Shown here: positions 28,237 to 41,276 of the stretch, piece after piece
Layout: each line of letters begins with the position of its first letter
Position numbering within the stretch: position 1 is the first letter of the stretch
NCBI GenBank assembly: GCA_025786725.1
Contig: JAHLTZ010000003.1
Location: 620,001-684,000 of the forward strand
Source: Syncephalis fuscata S228
Lineage: Eukaryota; Fungi; Zoopagomycota
Length of the DNA stretch: 64,000 nt
Direction of reading: 5' to 3'
Translations under genes and position numbers: made by a program
The notes under the pieces: model-generated
Database searches by the model: none
What the model saw: only the letters and a program-made list of their open reading frames with translations
What the model was told of the DNA's origin: nothing

Positions 28237-29217
28237 TTAGAAAAGCGATTTTAACGTAATTAGGTGTTAAAATGCAATGGCATATAAATTAGAAATATTA
28301 GTCATTTAACTAATAGGGCGTTACTAATACTATGTATAACTTTACGTATAATAAAGTAAATTGTCTGATACTTCGCATAAGTGTGTGTATAACATATAGG
28401 TAGCTATTGACAAAATATACCGCAATTACATAGCGTGATAGTGTAATGGTAGTGATAATACGTTAATAAATGTGCAAAAATAGCAGTTTTTTACTGTTTA
28501 TGGCTTGTATAAGTAAAATACAGCAAAATAGTTGGCAGATTCAAGTTCCCCATGCTAAGCTGTACCGTTTGGTATAAGATTTAAAACAATGATTTTTGCA
28601 ACAAATGTTAGTCAAAAATGCAGTCTACGTATAAATTAACAAAAAGTGACTAGACTTTATAATTTCAAGCAATTTAATACTAATAATTAAATTTGGCTTA
28701 AAGTAAATTCAAAGCGTTCTACAACACTAAAACAAGCATAATAAGTTGTTATGCATAAATAACGACATATAGTAGTAAGTTATGCCATATATTTACATAT
28801 AGCAGATTTTCATTAAGCTACTTATGTAAATCGTATTTTTGACTAACATTTGTTGCAAAAATCATTGTTCTAAATCTTATACCAAATGGTACATCTTAGC
28901 ATGGGGAACTTGAATCTGCCAACTATTTTGCTGTATTTTACTTATACAAGCCATAAACAGTAAAAAACTGCTATTTTTGCACATTTATTAACGTATTATC
29001 ACTACCATTACACTATCACGCTATGTAATTGCGGTATATTTTGTCAATAGCTACCTATATGTTATACACACACTTATGCGAAGTATCAGACAATTTACTT
29101 TATTATACGTAAAGTTATACATAGTATTAGTAACGCCCTATTAGTTAAATGACTAATATTTCTAATTTATATGCCATTGCATTTTAACACCTAATTACGT
29201 TAAAATCGCTTTTCTAA
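28237..29217. repeat. Long non-coding inverted repeat: arms 28237-28619 and 28835-29217 (383 bp each), 215-bp spacer
   Basis: Arms are reverse complements (TTAGAAAAGCGATTTTAACG... / ...CGTTAAAATCGCTTTTCTAA); only about 3 mismatches seen by eye, all near the inner end. Confidence 0.95.
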
Positions 29218-29940
29218 TACTGTTGCATATTTTTATAGCATTGGGCCAATAGTTTCAAATTTAAGTTTGTAGACTAGCGTTTTATCAATATTCAAGTTAT
29301 TATAAAATCTATTTTTTTCATTGTATCCAATTATCTTTTAATTATATGCTATAATCTCTATAAACAATATATTTTATTACATTATCAATATACTAGTACA
29401 GTTCTTGTGAAGCCTAGATAAAAATATCACATGTGCTTCTTTATATATGTGTAAATCCTACATCGGTTGATTGATCTATATTCAAATCCTTGTTATATCC
29501 CACTGTTCAAATATACGCTTGATTGTCATTGATTTAATTATGATAGCCATATAGACAGCCTTAGTGACCAATTTTAGTTTTGCTCTTGTAGCTTCAACTG
29601 CGATGCCGTCAGTGTGACAGCTTGTACACTAAGCAGCATCAAATATTACATATAAATCAAGAGGCTTTGTATTTAGCTAATTCTGCTTGTACTAATTTCC
29701 CACCTAGCCTCTTACTGCTTGACAATGTATCTGGCTTGCTATCAACATTGATTAGTATACTAACATGTTTGATGAACGATTAATATGATACAAATACTGT
29801 GGTGTATTTATTTATTTGCTTCTGCCATCATCCAGCCATTTAGCGTCAATTATTTCACTACAAACCACACTTGATGCAAATGTTAATGTTTATTACTAAA
29901 AGTAATTGTCTATCATACTGGTGTTTTATAGTTAATTTTG

Positions 29941-31426
29941 TTAATCAGATACATGTAAACGGTTGGCATTTGTATTTCTATCAAATTGTCTCAAGTATTG
30001 GTCCGGCGTTAATCGCTCTTCGGGATTGAGTGTTAGCAGCCTATTTAGCATGTCTAATACGGGAGTATATTCATTTGGATGTGCTATATATATATCAGGA
30101 AGCATGCTATATATTCCTAGTTGGAAGAGCCCATTAAGCAAAAACTGTGAGTATCCTCGCAAAGGCTTATTTCCAAAAACACAGTTTTGCGCAGCAATGA
30201 ATAAGTCTAGCATTTCTGTCGTTAAATAAATTTGCTTGATTGGCGACAACGATATATCAATGCTGTTCTTTGGAAATCCGCTGTTCGTATTTAATAGAAT
30301 AGCTCGACCGTTATTTTTTGTTATTAATCCAGATTGATAGCTATCTTCAATAAGTTTCTTGAAGTATGGCATAAATCTTTTGAACTGCTGTTGTGTGTCG
30401 TGGAGTTCTGGCTTGACGTCTGGCATTTTGGAAAAAGTTTCTTCTAAAATTTGCTTAGTGGATTTTTTTGACATCTTAAAGTAGAATTCATATTGGAAAG
30501 CATAAAAAAGTTCGCCGATTCTCCATAGATCAGCCTTACGTGGATCGATTTTAGTATTTTTGATCCATTCAGGAAGATATAATAGTTTCATTTGAGGTGC
30601 ATCTATCGGTACTACAATATTGTTTTTAAATTTGATGCGTCTTAGCTGTTCAATTTTCATTACATTGATAACAGGATATTTACTGAGATTTGATCTAACA
30701 ACAATGCCTATAATTATAGTTAGCAATGGCTTAAATGTTAATGCGACATTTTCTTACTGAACTCATTTAAACTAATGTTGGTCCATCCAACTTTGTGGAT
30801 ATAATTAATACCTAATCATATTTCATTATGAGCTACTGTGCATACTCAAACATATCGGCTAGGCCTACCTTGTATCAATTTAGTGAAAAATGATAAAATC
30901 GATTTAGCTTCAGCCAAAGATGGTATGTAATTTAAATAAAAGTCATTCAAATTTTCATCAACTGAGCGAGGCATAACAAAACAGCGCTTGCCTCGAAAAG
31001 TGAACGAGCGTTGCGGGTGTAAAACATACTGGCGTCCGGGATCATTTTGTAATAGCACTCGTTTGTGGCTAAGGTCCTAGATTTATAATTGCTTAGCTAG
31101 TTGTAATATTGGCAATATTTAATAAATACCTGAAGAAATCGAAATTTATTATTGAGATTGTTTCGTATGCGACACATGACATTCACATCCATGCCTTGTA
31201 GTTGTTGCTCCCATGATGTCTCTTCACCTTGTTCAAATCCAGCGGGTATATCAATACCATCGTATACTTGCGGTGGATCAGGTTCAAATACATCTATATA
31301 TCAATGCTATTAGTATGATGCATAAACTATCTGGTATAATAATCTACCTTCGGGTAAATTGGCTTTACGCGGTGTAGCAAATATAGGCTGAACAATAAAT
31401 ATCAGTGCCAAGACGCTGCTTATCAT
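29941..31426 (-). CDS. Secreted protein-kinase-like protein, probable pseudokinase, 5 exons
   Basis: Signal peptide MISSVLALIFIVQPIFA; YVLHPQRSFTFRGKRCFVMP; KLIQGINYIHKVGW; YLPE (VIII); KADLWRIG (IX); RLLTLNPEERLT (XI); no HRD or DFG. Confidence 0.75.
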
Positions 31427-32394
31427 TGTAACTTGATTTCATTTCAAAATTGGCATCATGTTTATAATTAGTTACTTTAAGAATACGTGTAGAAAAGTAA
31501 GTGCAAAACGTAATGTACTTATCGTGGAAAATATTGAACAAAAATGCTCAACAGACGGCATATTTATGTCTTTTTTGCTTTTATTCTTCAATGCTTTATA
31601 TTGCCATTTAAAAACAGGCCATGCCACCCTTGCTTGTTAAGGTATATTTAAATATCCGCAATATATATATTGCTCCTTGATAACACCTTCCATTTGAGCA
31701 AAAAGCGACTGAGTGCCAAATATTCTGAAATAAAGTGTGTATATAATTATTTCTTATTTTTGCATTCTTATTCTTTTGCTTATTTATATTTTTGTTTTAA
31801 ATAAGTCATGTTGCTATTGCCAATTAATTTACTATGTCTAAAAAACGTGATACATATATATATTAGTATTAGTATTATCATTAAGGGATCAAATACATTA
31901 TATATGAGTATTATTATAAAAGCATAACCTCGTGATTATGTAGAAATATTAGCACTGTTATGCTTTAGTATAATCGTGGGTGATAAATCAATCCAATGTA
32001 AATTGCATGTTCAACTCTAAATTCTTTTAAGTTTATTTATTTGTTGATAACTAAGATGCAACTGTAAACTATGACATCAAAAGCCTTTTTTTTAAATCTG
32101 TATAATAACTTTAATATAAATAAAATACTGTGGCTATACATTATGATTTCTACAAACAATGGATATAGTGTCACATGATTGCTTTTTACCCACTTTCTTC
32201 CTATCAGGCAATACTAGATCCACATGGCTTCGCCTATGCCTTTTGCGAGTACACTTGCGCACACGAATTAAGGTAACATAGCTATGTACATGATGCACGA
32301 GGGACTCTGCGTTTATTCATTCATTAGTTCGACCTCAGTGGTCTTTAACAATGAAACGAGACTGATATCAAATATAAAACATGCGAATCTTATG

Positions 32395-33000
32395 TTGATA
32401 ATTACTTTAAACCCCTCCCCCCAAAGCAGTAAATCATTTTACGCAATCTATTGTAATAGTTTGATTCGATTAAATTGTGTTTAAATTATCATTCATAATA
32501 AATATTAGTATAATATAATACATTATTATTTCCATAAAATAGAATTAAATGTAACAGAACATTGTTTAGTAATAATATTAAACATTTAAATAAATAATGT
32601 AACATACTGTTTGATTTCTTTGAAAGTTGAGGCCGATTATTGTGTTGTTGTTGACCATGTGTAGAAAGATTGATTGAATATTAATAGAAACCATTGGTCG
32701 CAATTCCATGACATTCCGCATTTGTTGGTATTGCATCTAAATGGTCTTTTCTATTTTCTAATATTATGTTATTGCAGTTTGGGCATATCTTGCATGTAAG
32801 ATACTCGTCTATGGTGACAAAGAAAGTAGGGCGACTAGCGTTTCTGATGTTCACTATTCTCTTGAGCATTTTTGGTATTAACTTGATAGACACAGATTAT
32901 TTGCCGACCGTTGATAAAACAAATGGCCTCCACCATATGCAATAATGATAGGCTAAGTGTCTTTACCAGGGAGATCTTGTGGCGACAGTTGTAACCAGAA
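32395..33000 (-). mobile_element. Fanzor1 C-terminal pseudogene plus 3' flank, copy 2 (longer)
   Basis: PIIIAYGGG...IPKMLKR...FFVTIDEYLTCKICPNC...RCNTNKCGMSWNCDQ..SINIQSIFLHMVNNN..RP with stops and frameshifts; matches the Fanzor1 order RuvC-II Glu, Zn finger, RuvC-III WNRD. Confidence 0.78.
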
Positions 33001-33360
33001 TATACGGCATGCCATTGAGGTTACTTGAACAGGTGTTGATGTAAAATAAGAGAAATAAAGACTAGGGATTGAATAATGTTATTTATTGATGTTTAAATAC
33101 GCATGTTATTTGTATTGTTATATTCGACATTATCACATAATATATTACTAAATAAAACAATAATGTAGCAATAAGTGAAAGACGGTGAAAGCAGTAAATA
33201 AAATGTGGATCAAAGTATAATAGCTCCGTTAGTTGATTAAATTTGTACTGAGTAATGGTGATTATTTTAGTGTCACAGTCCTAGTGAAACTCAAATACTT
33301 TGCTTTTTATTGATTCCATCTAGGCCACCCACATTTAGAACCATTCGACTTGATTTCACT

Positions 33361-35462
33361 ATGGCAGTGAATTTTGAACCTGGAACAGCTGCGGCTAACG
33401 AACTACAGGTAACCAATTTGTATGTACTTTATTAATTTACTTAGATCGCATTGCCATCTAGAGTGCAATTCATAGTAAACTGATCGAGTATGGCTACGTG
33501 GCAGCAGAAGGTAAGAACAGCTACCGTTTTTCCCTATACTTGTACTCATGGTCATCGCGACTAGATCCTGTACTGGCCCAGTATATCGGCGTAAGTCTAT
33601 ATTATAATAGCAATAACGTGTGTAATAACCACGGTTATATAGGTTATGATTGCTAATGGACGAAACATCGACGATGTCAACAAAGAGCTTTATGACTGTA
33701 AGTCATCGTTATTGATATATATATATATATTAGTACGTGGACTAATGAATAATAATATTTATAGTTATGGGCGACTCGTATAATATGCAGTTTTCTGTAT
33801 GGCTATTTCAATGGGTCGATGCCTATTTAAAAGGCAATATAAATCCTGCTCAACCAACAACAATACCAAGTGTTGTGGTGCCACCTTTTTTAACTGAAAA
33901 TAATGTTATTGGTGAAAATGAATCTATGAAAGAGTAATTGATAATATATTAATATATTGTTAACTAATTAACTAATTGTTGTTAATATTGGTATTAGAGA
34001 GAGAAAATCACAACAAAAACCATCACGCCTATTACATTCGGCATTAAGTGATGCAAACCGCGATGCTCAACGGTCCAGTAAAAGCAATAGGCCTGGTAAA
34101 TAATAATAATTAACTATTAACTGTAATATAGTTATTAATAGTATAAACATGAATAGATCGACGTCATCATACATCCAATGATAGGAGTAGTGATACGGAA
34201 GACCGACATCGTCGTTCTAGAGCAACATCATCGCCAAGAGACATTGATAGAATATCACGACAGGATGGTGATCGTAATCGATCGCGTAATCGATCGCGTA
34301 ATCGATCACCTAATCCAATGAAAAATGTTAAATTTACGGTTAACTTGGGTAAGTGTAATGATAGTGTATATATAATAATACTGATATATTAAATAAGGTC
34401 CACGATCCAATACATCCTTTAAATCAACGCCAAAGAAGAGCAAGTCTGCATTGGATGAACAACAGCGTGAAGCAATACGTGCTCATGCGGTACTTGATAA
34501 AGAGGAATCTACTGGTACAAAAACAACTCGATGCAGCTTTTGGCCTCAGTGTGCAAAAGGTACTGAGTGTCCTTTCCATCATCCATCGACTCTTTGTCCG
34601 TAAGCAATATCGATGAATTACGGTATATGTTGTATTTAATATGAATGTTTTATTGAATACATAGACTATTTCCTAATTGTCCAGAACCAGCCGATAAATG
34701 TCTTTACATCCATCCAGCGACCACGGCACATCAATTCAATGGATTAAATGCAAATACCACTGCAATTCCTTGCAAGTTTGGATTACAATGTACCAATGCC
34801 AATTGCTTATTTGCTCATCCAGGATCATCAGCCAGTAAGTTATTGTTGTTAATTAGTAGATTGTTACAGTTTACTTACAGTTTACTATTTAGCTAGTGAA
34901 ATACCGTGCCGTTTCTATCCCAACTGTCTTAATACAGCCTGTCCATTTAAGCATGGAGAAACAGCTGGTAACGGTGTAGCACCAACGGCGATAGGTGAAT
35001 TATTAGCAGAACGGCCTATACGCAGAGTGCCTATTCCTTGCCGTGATGGTGCCGAGTGTAAACGATCAGGTTGTCACTTTATACATCCTGGTGATGAAGT
35101 GGAAAATGTAGCTACTATTCCGGTATGTAATTATTAAATAACATTAATGGATAGATTGTAACTAAATGATACTAATATGACTATTGTTGGATTAGTGTAA
35201 ATTCGGTATTGGTTGTACACGGCCTGATTGCAAATTCTTTCATACATTCAAGAATAAATCGCTTCGTTTCCAGGATGGTCGTCCTATATCGGATTCGTCA
35301 TCATCTGGAACGGCATGGCATGTTAGTGAACGGTCTTTTGCGCTCGAAGAAGCATCTGAACACTTGCCAGTCGCCGGTAATGCGACAGGCAACACACGTC
35401 CAACAGCAGTAACATCGTTGCCAAACACGGCCTCCGAAGAGACAGTTGATATGGAATTATAG
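33361..35462 (+). CDS. NAB2: Nuclear poly(A)-binding protein Nab2/ZC3H14-like (PWI-like N-terminus, RS-rich linker, tandem CCCH fingers), about 11 introns
   Basis: Spliced AIHSKLIEYGY..DPVLAQYIGVMIANG..F.VWLF; CSFWPQC..CPFHHP, FPNC..CLYIHP, CKFG.QC..CLFAHP, CRFYPNC..CPFKH, CRDG.EC..CHFIHP, CKFG..C..DCKFFH. Mostly missed by the ORF track. Confidence 0.88.
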
Positions 35463-35599
35463 GCTCTTATTCATTTATTCATATTATTTGCAAAATTATA
35501 GTAAAAAAGATAACCATATGCATTATGACCATTTAATTTGCTTTACTTTATCATTTATTATTGTTATTGTTATTATGCTTGTTACTATCAGTGTTATTA

Positions 35600-38500
35600 T
35601 TAACGATTCATAACAACAATACGATCATCAGGATTTGGATCAAGTAAATCTTCATCTTCCGCTTCATCCGAATCGTGTAGTGGTCGTCGTAAAGTATTTG
35701 GTTGTTGATGTCGTTGACGTCTTAGCTGTTGTCTAATTAGCTGTTGACGACGTGATGGCACCAAGAATGAGGATGAGTCCTGGCTTGCACCTATACTTGC
35801 CAAATTCCAACGAATAGGGCCGGCACCACCACCTACCAGACTAAGTAGTACCGGCAGTAGAATAAGACCGTGTAAAGCACCCAGTAAAACAATGGCCAAA
35901 TAAACACGGAAATAATAAATGACAAATATCTTGCTACGTGAAAAGGCAAGAATACCGATACCAATCAATTTGGTCATAGTAATACCCGAGAATACCTATT
36001 ATTAACATTAAATAAATATTAGTATTACCATTAAATATTCGATATTACTTACTGAGCTGCCTACATCAACTAATGCTCGATGTGCACGTTGATTTCTTCC
36101 ACCTGATTCGATAAGAAAAGCGCGTGCTAAATGGCAACAGAATTCAACGCTAATGCCAATGCAAATCATTAGATTAACGAGACTGACAGCGTTTAAACTG
36201 ACACCCCATAGTGACATAACACCAACGACATCGATAACAATCATAATAACACAGGTCATGACAATGAGGGCCGTTGAAAATGAGGCCAGTAACAGCCAGG
36301 TTACAATACCGATAATAAGTATAGCAATGCCGAGTAGCTTCACCGTTAGTGGTACAATATCAATATACTGTGCAAAGAATAGATAAAAGACCGAGTAAGG
36401 AAAGACAGGTTGGCCGATGTCTTGTGATATGTTATCGGCAATGCGTTGTGCTGATCGATACGCTTCAATGTAGTCGGACTGTGAACGGACTGGTGTGTGG
36501 AACGTGCGGAAATGTGAAGCAATAACCGTTTTAGCATCATGGTCAATGGTGATGGCATCCTTGTAGGCGGCAGCTCCAGCCAATGGACATTGTTCATCCG
36601 GTACCGAGGCAAGCCAATGGTCAAGATAACGTAGAAATTCATCATCTTGTGGCATGCCATGTAGTGTAATATTCCAATCAGGCGTACGTGAATTAAAGCA
36701 AGGTTCGCACTCATCTTCATCGTCCCATGAACTGCAAAACTCTTGCTTATTACGACGTTTAACACGACAGCACATATCTGCTAGCGGATTTAACCAATGG
36801 AAGAAATCATCGAGCCAAATAGATGCCGGCTGAGCAATCCGCGATACATCTGGTCGTTTCCTCTCCTGTTCCAATGTATTGGCCAGTGATAACGTATTGC
36901 AAGAAGGAAAACGGCCGCATAGACTTTTCTGACCAGGTCGTTCAGTTGGTTGACCGCCTTCAACGACAAAATAGACTGGAGGACCTGTACGGAAGTAGGT
37001 GTCCAGATTATTAAAATATGGAATTAAATAGGAGTCACTTGGTAATGCCACTCGTTGATCTAATTCAATAATACATTAATGAATAGATAGATCATTAGTT
37101 AATAATATGTAACTTACCTAGACCCAAGGCTAAATTGGGTATTTGAATAGCACAAACAAATAAAAGTCCAATAAAGCCTAAAATAACTGATAATTTGACA
37201 GTACGTTGTAGTAAGAAGGGTGCGTAGGTTAAACGGAAGAATCGTTGTATTAAGCCTTCTTCATTTGGTTTATCTGTATCGTTGACACGAATACATGGGA
37301 AGCAATCAATACGATCATCCTGTATTATAAACAATATTAATACTAAATAGAATTATAGAATAGTATTAGCAAAATACACTTACTTCAGCTCGTTCGGCAT
37401 CAAGAGCCATACAGGCATAAAGCGGTGACCTGTAGCATAAAATCAACCCATACTGCTAAAGCAGCATACATGGCAAATGAACTGACTGCTGGCATATCCA
37501 CAAATCCACCTAGGCCAAAGGCCAGTGTTTCGGCCAGTGCTGACAATAGAATACCCGGCCCATACGAGCTAGTGTACGGCCACACCGTTCGGGCACCGAT
37601 GCATTCTCGTCTTCATCAAAACAGTCGTCTGTTTGGCGTTGAAACTCTTGTACAAGGATAAATACATTATCAACACCAACGGCCAGTACTAGAATGGAAT
37701 AACCTCGGCGATAATAAGTGTACAGCGTCGACCTATAAATGAAAAGACGCCAACCGAGATGGATACCGAGGCTAGTACAATGAAAATACCACAAATGCCT
37801 AATTGAAACTTTGATTCAACGGCCAATCGACGCCATGAACCAGCCCGAGAAAGTCGCCCCAAAGCAATCGATACATAAAAAAACATAGCCAAATAGCTAA
37901 TAACAACGGTTCTAATATCTGTATTACTAGATTGATTCAATTCTTGTTCAACTGAAATCTATATTATTATTAACACAGTTAGTATTGTATATAGTTAATA
38001 AACTATCTGCTATTTATATTACCTCAGATGAAAAGTCCACCTGTACATTAGTTGTATTAAAGAGTGGATTCTCTGGTAGAGATTGCATAAAATTAACAAA
38101 TGCCTGTTCCCATTGCATAGCCCGTTGTGTGTAATTGCCATCCATCGAGTTACGTAATACATAGGTAACAAACAATGCCTTGGCTTCTGCATAATTGGCG
38201 GCATTAAACCCACCCAGAATCATATCTGGCTTAATTGGCTGTTGAAAATCTGGTAAGCAACTTGCTGGCTGATGAGTACAGCTAGCGAATTGTGATTTCC
38301 AAGTATCTGACTTGAATCGAGCCTCATCGTTACTCCAATAGCCGGTAACGATTGGATAACACAGCCTTGCTCTGTTGGTTTAAGACACAAATCATTAAGC
38401 GTAATGTTACGCTGAATGGTATTATTATTATCATCATTATCATCAGATGCTGGATCCACGACAGATAGTTGAGCAATGGCCTTTTCAATTCTGAATAATA

Positions 38501-39950
38501 AACGAATGGCCTCTTCATTAATAACGGATCGATTATTTGCTTCATCGGTTGACGTAATAATAAGCTGTTGCGTACGGTAGAAAGGTGAAAAGTGTTCATC
38601 AAAAAAGGCTTTCTGTTTTGCCACTGTTGACTTCGGCCCAACCCATAGTTTCTCCGGTGATGTATCTACTTTAAAGTGAGCCCATCCAAGTGAGCAGAAA
38701 CCAGTAAAGAGCAGTGAAATAAGAATAGTTTCATAGGGATGTGTTGCACAAAAGACGCCTAGACGATAGAAAAAGCGTTGACTACGTAATTGCCATCCAC
38801 TAGCTGTATCGCCGTAAATATCGTCATCCATAGCCAATTCATTAGCTGTACCAGCCATAGGTGTATCCGTTGATAACTGGACTGCATCCTCCGATTCATA
38901 TGGGATAGGTTCGAATTGAGCCGTATCACGATTAAAGTAGCCGCGGCGTATAGCTGCAATACCACCAATCACAATGACTAATATAAGTGTATAAAGTGTG
39001 ATAAGTGCAATGGTTAAACAGTGCCATTGGCCCACATAGCACTGTGAGCCTTGTGTAGGCACTGCCTTCAATACAGGACACACTGAATCACAATCAACAC
39101 ATGAGCATCGTGAATCAACATCGGTATCATTACAGCGTCGAGGTGGTGGATTCAATGGACGCATAGGCCGCATCGGTGATCGTTGCGGGAAATCAAGCTG
39201 GAAAGGTGAGCCACCAAATCGTTCCTGGCCCATAAATTCAAGCATTTCTTGGTAATTTTTTGCGCCACCACCAATCAATTCCATAACAAAGGTGTTATCT
39301 GATGGAAATTTAACATCTTTACACGAATCGTAAAAGGCACGACCAAAGGTAGGTTCGACGAAAATATCCGTTCTAGTAACAATCTTTTCTTCGTTTGAGG
39401 CGATACTTGGGTGGCTGTCACATTAACAAAGGTCGATTGATCGGGTGAGCAAGTAAATTCGCAGAAGAACTTAAGCATATTGTTCCAACAAGCCGGACAA
39501 GCATTAACAATATTCTGCGCTACTTTAATCTGTGACTGTAGTGCATCCAACTGATTGATGTCGCAGCAAGCATCACGTTTACGAAATGATTCACCACACA
39601 CTTCGAGTAAACGAGCCCGATGAGCACTACTAGGCTAATAGACGATATAATTGTATTAATCCATTTGTGTTGGTGTATTTTATTCACTATTCACTTACCT
39701 GTATGGCATATTGGTCTGCTGGACAATTAAGTGGCGGTGCAAATATACTTGATGACTTTCCACCGCATTGACCATACATGGCACATCTACCTAGTGAATG
39801 ACGTGCCTCCTTACGAACAGTAGCGACACTACTTGCTGTTGTTACTGTCGTTGATAGACATAGCGTGGCAATAGTAAATAATAATGCTAGTAACATTTTA
39901 CACTTCCATTTCGCTAAAGGCCATAGCCCAATAGATATTTTTACAGGCAT
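35600..39950 (-). CDS. NCR1: Niemann-Pick C1-like sterol transporter
   Basis: [90 protein letters not shown]; several 1-nt frameshifts. Confidence 0.96.
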
Positions 39951-40271
39951 AATATTGCAGTAGTAATAGTAGAATAGTTGATAGCACAAGTGAATAGTAG
40001 TAGAAGTAGCAATAGTGGAAATAGAAGTAGAAATAAAAGTGGCTAAAAGAGCTAATAAAGGCAACAATGAATATAATAGATATGGAGTACGTATATTGCT
40101 AGAATGTAGTCAATGTATTTGTTTCATATTTATTTAGATCACATGATGTCTCTTATTCATTCAAATTTCTAGTAAATAATCTTCTCCTGAATGTTCAATT
40201 TACTTCTTTCTATTCTTTGTAGATCCCCCTTCTAATAGTACATATCACTATTAACATAGATGCATTGTCGC

Positions 40272-41040
40272 TCATTGGATCAACCTACTGCTTTTACGTT
40301 TGCGTTGAGATTTGCTAGATTCGTTATTGGAAGACTGGCCTGCCACTTTTGATTTCTTTCGGCTATCTGCTACTGTGTCGCTATGATCACTTTGAGTACT
40401 ATGATTTACGTCATCGTCTTCTATTACATTTAGATTGTTAGTCTATTAATTAGTAATTATTTATTAAATACTCATCAGTGACTTACGTTCAGTAGGTTGA
40501 TCAGATTTTGGTAAATGATGTTTAATAAATCGAGCAGCTGCATCTTTATCAATAGTCATTGTAGCTATAAATGAAACACAATCATTAGCCATTATTAAGT
40601 ATAATAAATAATAGCTTACGTTGAGGTGGATTCTCAATTTCTTGAATCTTATTAATATATACTCGAATACGGTCCTGATAAATTGTTACATTAATTACAA
40701 ATATATTAATCCAATTATTATAAACCATACCAATTCTTTTTTGACTGGATGTGCTTCAACTGCATCACCTTGCATTTTTAAGTAGACTAGAAGCATCATT
40801 TTCATTATCATTACATTAGCGTCAAACTACAACTATTCTATTCAAATTACCCCAAAAGAGCGAATTCAGCGTATAGGCTAGCATTACTTGGAATTTGGCA
40901 CGGTCTGCTGCTTTAAGTCGGCCTGCTGTTTCATTATACGGCGTTTGTAATAATAAAGCTAATTGTTGTTGGATGGTTTCAACCGTTAAAGATAGATTGT
41001 TGGCAGTATTGGCCAATTCAGCTGTAGTTGCTTCTGCCAT
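40272..41040 (-). CDS. RRP47: C1D/Rrp47 exosome cofactor (Sas10/Utp3/C1D family)
   Basis: DRAKFQVMLAYTLNSLFWVYLKMQG..HPVKKELDRIRVYINKI..IDKDAAARFIKH; 3' end approximate. Confidence 0.88.
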
Positions 41041-41276
41041 TGTAAACTATGAATACTAATTGGCTTGTTTATCCTTTAAGTGATTACAGTAAACAACTAG
41101 ACTAAAAAACAAGTGGCAAGTGTAATAATAAGAAAGAAAAAATAAAATAAAAACGAATTGTATTTATTCAAGCCGTATTTATTAAATGATCATATCGTTG
41201 ATTGTCACAGATTTAGATACTGTTTATTTAGCTGTTTATTTATTTTACATATTCTAAAGTTAAAAGCAATGCCAAA

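Noticed and set aside
35600-39950. Multiple frameshifts in NPC1, and single ones in OAC1, Gfd2-like, NVJ2, RPAIN, Gti1/Pac2 and F-box A, read as pseudogenisation or programmed frameshifting
   Set aside because: Those I traced are single missing bases in short homopolymers within otherwise well-conserved genes, the pattern of long-read consensus error; needs short-read confirmation.
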